Of a stretch of DNA of 64,000 bases, positions 59,812 to 64,000 are shown in pieces (positions within the stretch are counted from its first letter, which is position 1; every line of letters begins with the position of its first letter). Below the pieces are notes generated by a model. It was not told where the DNA came from. It did not search any database and saw only the letters and a program-made list of their open reading frames with translations. The stretch covers positions 3,867,924 through 3,931,923 of the forward strand of contig CM082597.2 of the NCBI GenBank assembly GCA_040954595.2, read 5' to 3'. The DNA comes from Balanoglossus misakiensis. Lineage: Eukaryota; Animalia; Hemichordata. A program made the position numbers and the translations under genes.

Positions 59812-62800
59812 TTATGCATAGGTGTGATTCTAACAGATATATTTGGAAATGTTGAACTTATTTACAAATCTAAAACGTATTGGTACAATGCCACTGAGGA
59901 TTATGAAATATAAAGTGCGGATTTCTTTTTCATTTGATAGGAAATCTCGGATTGTCACCAAATACAAATAAACTACAAGCAGTTGATACAAAACAATACC
60001 AATGTACTGACCCCTGGAAAAAACACAAAGCCAAGTGGCTATGATTGAATTGTCGAGACAAGGTTGCCATAACTACGCGTCTGTTTGAAATGCCGAAGTT
60101 GCTAGTTAAACTTTTGGCGCAAGCCGGTGCGTTGCATATTTTTACACACGCGCCAAACTTGGCTTACCGAGCAAAAATATGGTGTGTATTTTAATGGTGT
60201 CTGTGTTATCGTTACCAAGGCAGCAATATTTTATTGAGATTTACAAGAGGCGTGTATTTTTTCTTTATTGACAACTGTAACCGTTGATAGTTTCTTCAGA
60301 GTCTTCAACGCATGTGGCCATAACACATAAACTAGGGTTAATTCTCCTCCTTGGGCAGAGTTTCAATTGAACTGTAAACGGTTACCATTATAGTTTTACG
60401 AGGCAGTCGTCAGTAGACTGTACTTATTAACTTTGGACGTCGTATAAAATGACGAGAAGTCATGACTCCAGTGACGAAATATGACTTTAATGTTGGACAC
60501 CAGCTTCGAAATTTATTACCAAGGCCCGAATTTTCGCTTTCGTGGATATCTGACTTATTCGCCGTTCCTCAAGAATAAAGTCTGCCCAAAGACACAGTCT
60601 CAGCTTGACTGTCGAAATGCCTGTGCTTTTGTTAAAAATCAAATGACGCAGTCGGTGTCATAGGTTTAAATTGTGTAAATCATGTGTTACTTCCCACAGC
60701 CGAGTGTCAAAGTTTCAGAATTTTCTGTTACGCAAGCGAAACAAAGGCCAAAAGGACACAAACGGCTGTCGACTATAATTGACCATCATCGATTACCGCC
60801 ATTACCACTTCCGCCATCATCATCACCCCCTCCCCCTCCCCTCCTCCTCCTCCTCATCATCATCATCACCACCACCACGACTACCACCATATACGTTGTC
60901 TGATCTTGAAGGAGCGTTCGTCATCAAATGACCATAATTATAAGTCGATATCCTGAACGATTACATGTCATTTTGTTGAAAGTTCAAATAACATCGTTTT
61001 ACTCGGTTTATCGAACTGTTGACTTTAGCTCCCCATTAATGACAAGTACAAAAAAAAATCATATTAGACCAAGGCCGTAGACACAACAGCAGTGTCAAGT
61101 GTTTGTTTATACAACTATTAATATCACAAGATTAAGCAAACTCTGACGTCATCATCTCTTGACGACGCATGTCGCGGGGTCAGAGGTCGCAAATCTGTCT
61201 CAATCACTTAGCTACTGCCAGGGTAACGGTCGTTTTCGTTGGCGTGTTATCAGAAAGGCACACAGTCGCCGAACAGAACAGTCAAACACAGGGTAAATAT
61301 TTAGGTTTGCCACTGACAAGTTATTTCAAACATAGTGACTGTACACACGCTGTCTTGTATACCAACGTCTCGCCGGTTCTACAGGTTGTTAAATATCTCA
61401 CAGGGCTTTCTGCTGTTGAAAATTACATTTCAGTTTCCCCGCTGCAATATCTGAGTGGGGAGGCTGGTTCTGTCGTCGCCGCTTTTTGACGGACAATGTT
61501 ATCTTTGTAATTTTACGTGATGGGTCACACAAAGTTGGAAGAAGCTTGTTTTCTTAAAGAAATTAATTTCATAATCAGCTATGATGATTGACACACTGGT
61601 ATACAGACACGGTCGTTACGCCATTGAATCGAGCGGAGACGATGCAGTCGGCAAAGTCGCACATTGCCGGTCATTGACCTCAAACATTATGCGCTGGAAG
61701 GGGAGGGGGCGCTACACCAACTTACAAAACACACCACTCAACACATCAATGCAGTGTACCACTCTCCCCAAGATTCCAGCGGGAAAAGACGGCAACGTGA
61801 CTATAACATGTATTTCATGCACGTTCTCCACGTCTGCCTGTGCATTAGTGCAAGACAGAATTACCAAGGCTTGCAAGGCATTAGCGAAATAGGCCTATGT
61901 TGCCCGGTTTTCGCTAATGCGATACCTGACAACTCAATTAGGTGACCCCGGTTGACCCCCGATGAAATGCACTGAGTTAATTCACGCGTAAAATTATCTT
62001 GATATCATAAAAGCTTTCCTTCGTGTTGGTTTAACGACATTAGCGTTGGCCAGTCCAGTTTCCTGTAGTTCTATAACTTTGTTCAGATACTCTTCTCTGG
62101 ACAGACAGACAGGTATCACGCAACTGTAGCACATCATTTGTCCTATAAACGACCCTCTGGCTGCCGTTTTGTTACTGTAAAAATAACTTCCATACTATTT
62201 GTGTCATTTTTTGCCGTATGTAGATTTTAGGCGAACAGGAAGAACCGTTTAACATACACTTTAACTGTGATGGCCAATCACTGTACTGATGAATAGGACT
62301 TTGCTGTAACATTCATCGAACACAATTTTAAAACACTTTTTTCTCCATTGACTTGGAAAATGGGTTATCGCGTTCTATTTCATAGCTGACGTGACTGAGA
62401 CATCGATCTATTTCCGTAGTTACGCTTCATATAATTTTGTCGATTATTTTTTGCAACTCTTAAATGTGTTGATATTAGGTCGTATGGAAGTGTGCCGTTG
62501 AATAAAAACGATCGTGAAAGGTAACCATAATTATATCAGGGTGCATAATAAGTGGCAAGCGTGTTCCGGAATTTCAATGCATGTGTCTGTCTGTCAGTCT
62601 TTTAACACTTGTTATTAATTTTCAATAAACACTATAATAATTTCCGGTTGTATACTGTAATTGGTCACAACGTGTAACTAAATATTTTGATGAATATATA
62701 CGTACATGAAATTAGATAATTATGGCATATACGAACGAGGCTGGCGCTGTATTGTCGTTTGTTCCACCTGTGCGTTCCATGCGACAGTGGGAGTTTCGTG

Positions 62801-64000
62801 ACGTCACGTCGTTCACCAAAAGAATTCCATTGACACTTGCGGCTTCGAGGAATCCGAATGTGAGCAATCTTGTCTATAAGCCCTCATAATTTGTGATTTC
62901 TGTAATCCAAAACTTGGTCTGCAGCCTGACGCATTGCTTGGAAATGCCAGATGGCAACGGTGGAATCGTTGAAGCGTTTGAACAATGAAGGTGTGAGGTA
63001 CGTATGTAAAACAACAGTCAAATATATGTAAATTTGTCCGTGCGTTCACGTGTTTTAGCGCACTTTTTATCAATGGTCGTTTCTGTTATCGGCAGCAGTA
63101 CACTATGTTACTTAGGTATACATGTATACCGTTGTATGGTGGGGCATATAGCCGTTCATCCAATTAACGCATGGGTCTTGTCAGGACGCGACCCAAGACA
63201 AATCATAATACAATAGTAATCGGATAATCCAAAGAAAACATTGTCAGATGCATCGCCAAATTACCCGCATTCAAAATAGCGCAATGCGTCACTGGATCTA
63301 AACAAACATCCAGGTACATAATTATCCTTTCACAAGTTTCTCGTGGTAATTTTGTCGCGTCCAATTTATTTCAAATTGGACAAAACTATGATTCGTGTTA
63401 GCGTTTGAATGGGGAAAAGAAACTGGGCCTTTTAACATCTATGTTTGACTCGTCTGCATACATGTATGGCTATGAATGCTGAAGAAAAAAGTAATGCACA
63501 AGACACTTTAACTCGACTAACAGCTGACAGTATTTCCAGTACAATGCACAAATGATAGACAGCCCCCAGCGTAGGAAAAATAAGCGAACAAATCGTGACG
63601 AACGTCTGTAAAATACAAAACCGAAATCGATTTTTGTTGCAATATTTTTTTCCCGCTTGCATTACTGTTATCGATTATGACTTGGTCAACTCACAGCAAG
63701 CAGCGTTTGAAAAAAAAGTCTGAAGCGGTCCTCAATGAAGGAAACCCGAGGAGTGAGATTGTGGTGAGTGCAATCTCGATTGTGTGCCCGACAAAGACAG
63801 TTTCTTCGCGGTGTTGATTTTACCCCTTCGATTGTCACGACGTTCGGTTCCCCACTTCCCCTATTTCTTTTAATGTAGCTTGTATCGATTTAAGTTAGTG
63901 GGTTTTTGCTCGCTGTTTGGGGCAGTATTAAATATAGGTGTAAGTAATCGTTTAGCTTTTAGTGCAAATATCGATAGAAATTACAGAGTAGCTTTTATAA

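Overview
Eukaryotic, intron-rich, AT-rich genomic DNA. It is most likely from a marine invertebrate deuterostome (hemichordate/echinoderm-like); this is inferred from gene content and repeat style only. Contents: (1) the last two exons of a spliced SnoaL/DUF4440-like NTF2-fold gene on + (1-1079), absent from the ORF track; (2) a complete cGMP phosphodiesterase 9 (PDE9A) gene on - with about 18 exons (28699 to 4589, about 520 aa) and extra candidate linker exons; (3) an intronless class A GPCR on - (38477-39511); (4) a 6-exon secreted LDLa + Gly/Asp/Asn-repeat + CAP-domain gene on + (43667-46292, 303 aa); (5) a probable first coding exon of an unidentified + gene carrying a PxIxIT-like motif (47113-47327); (6) a 9.8-kb tandem array of eight hairpin-rich ~1.16-kb units (48748-58612), with a 5063-bp higher-order duplication and a 208-bp tRNA/SINE-like insertion with a 5-bp TSD in three units. 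MITEs and microsatellites are also present. All gene models were built by hand from splice-site and reading-frame consistency; no database searches were run.
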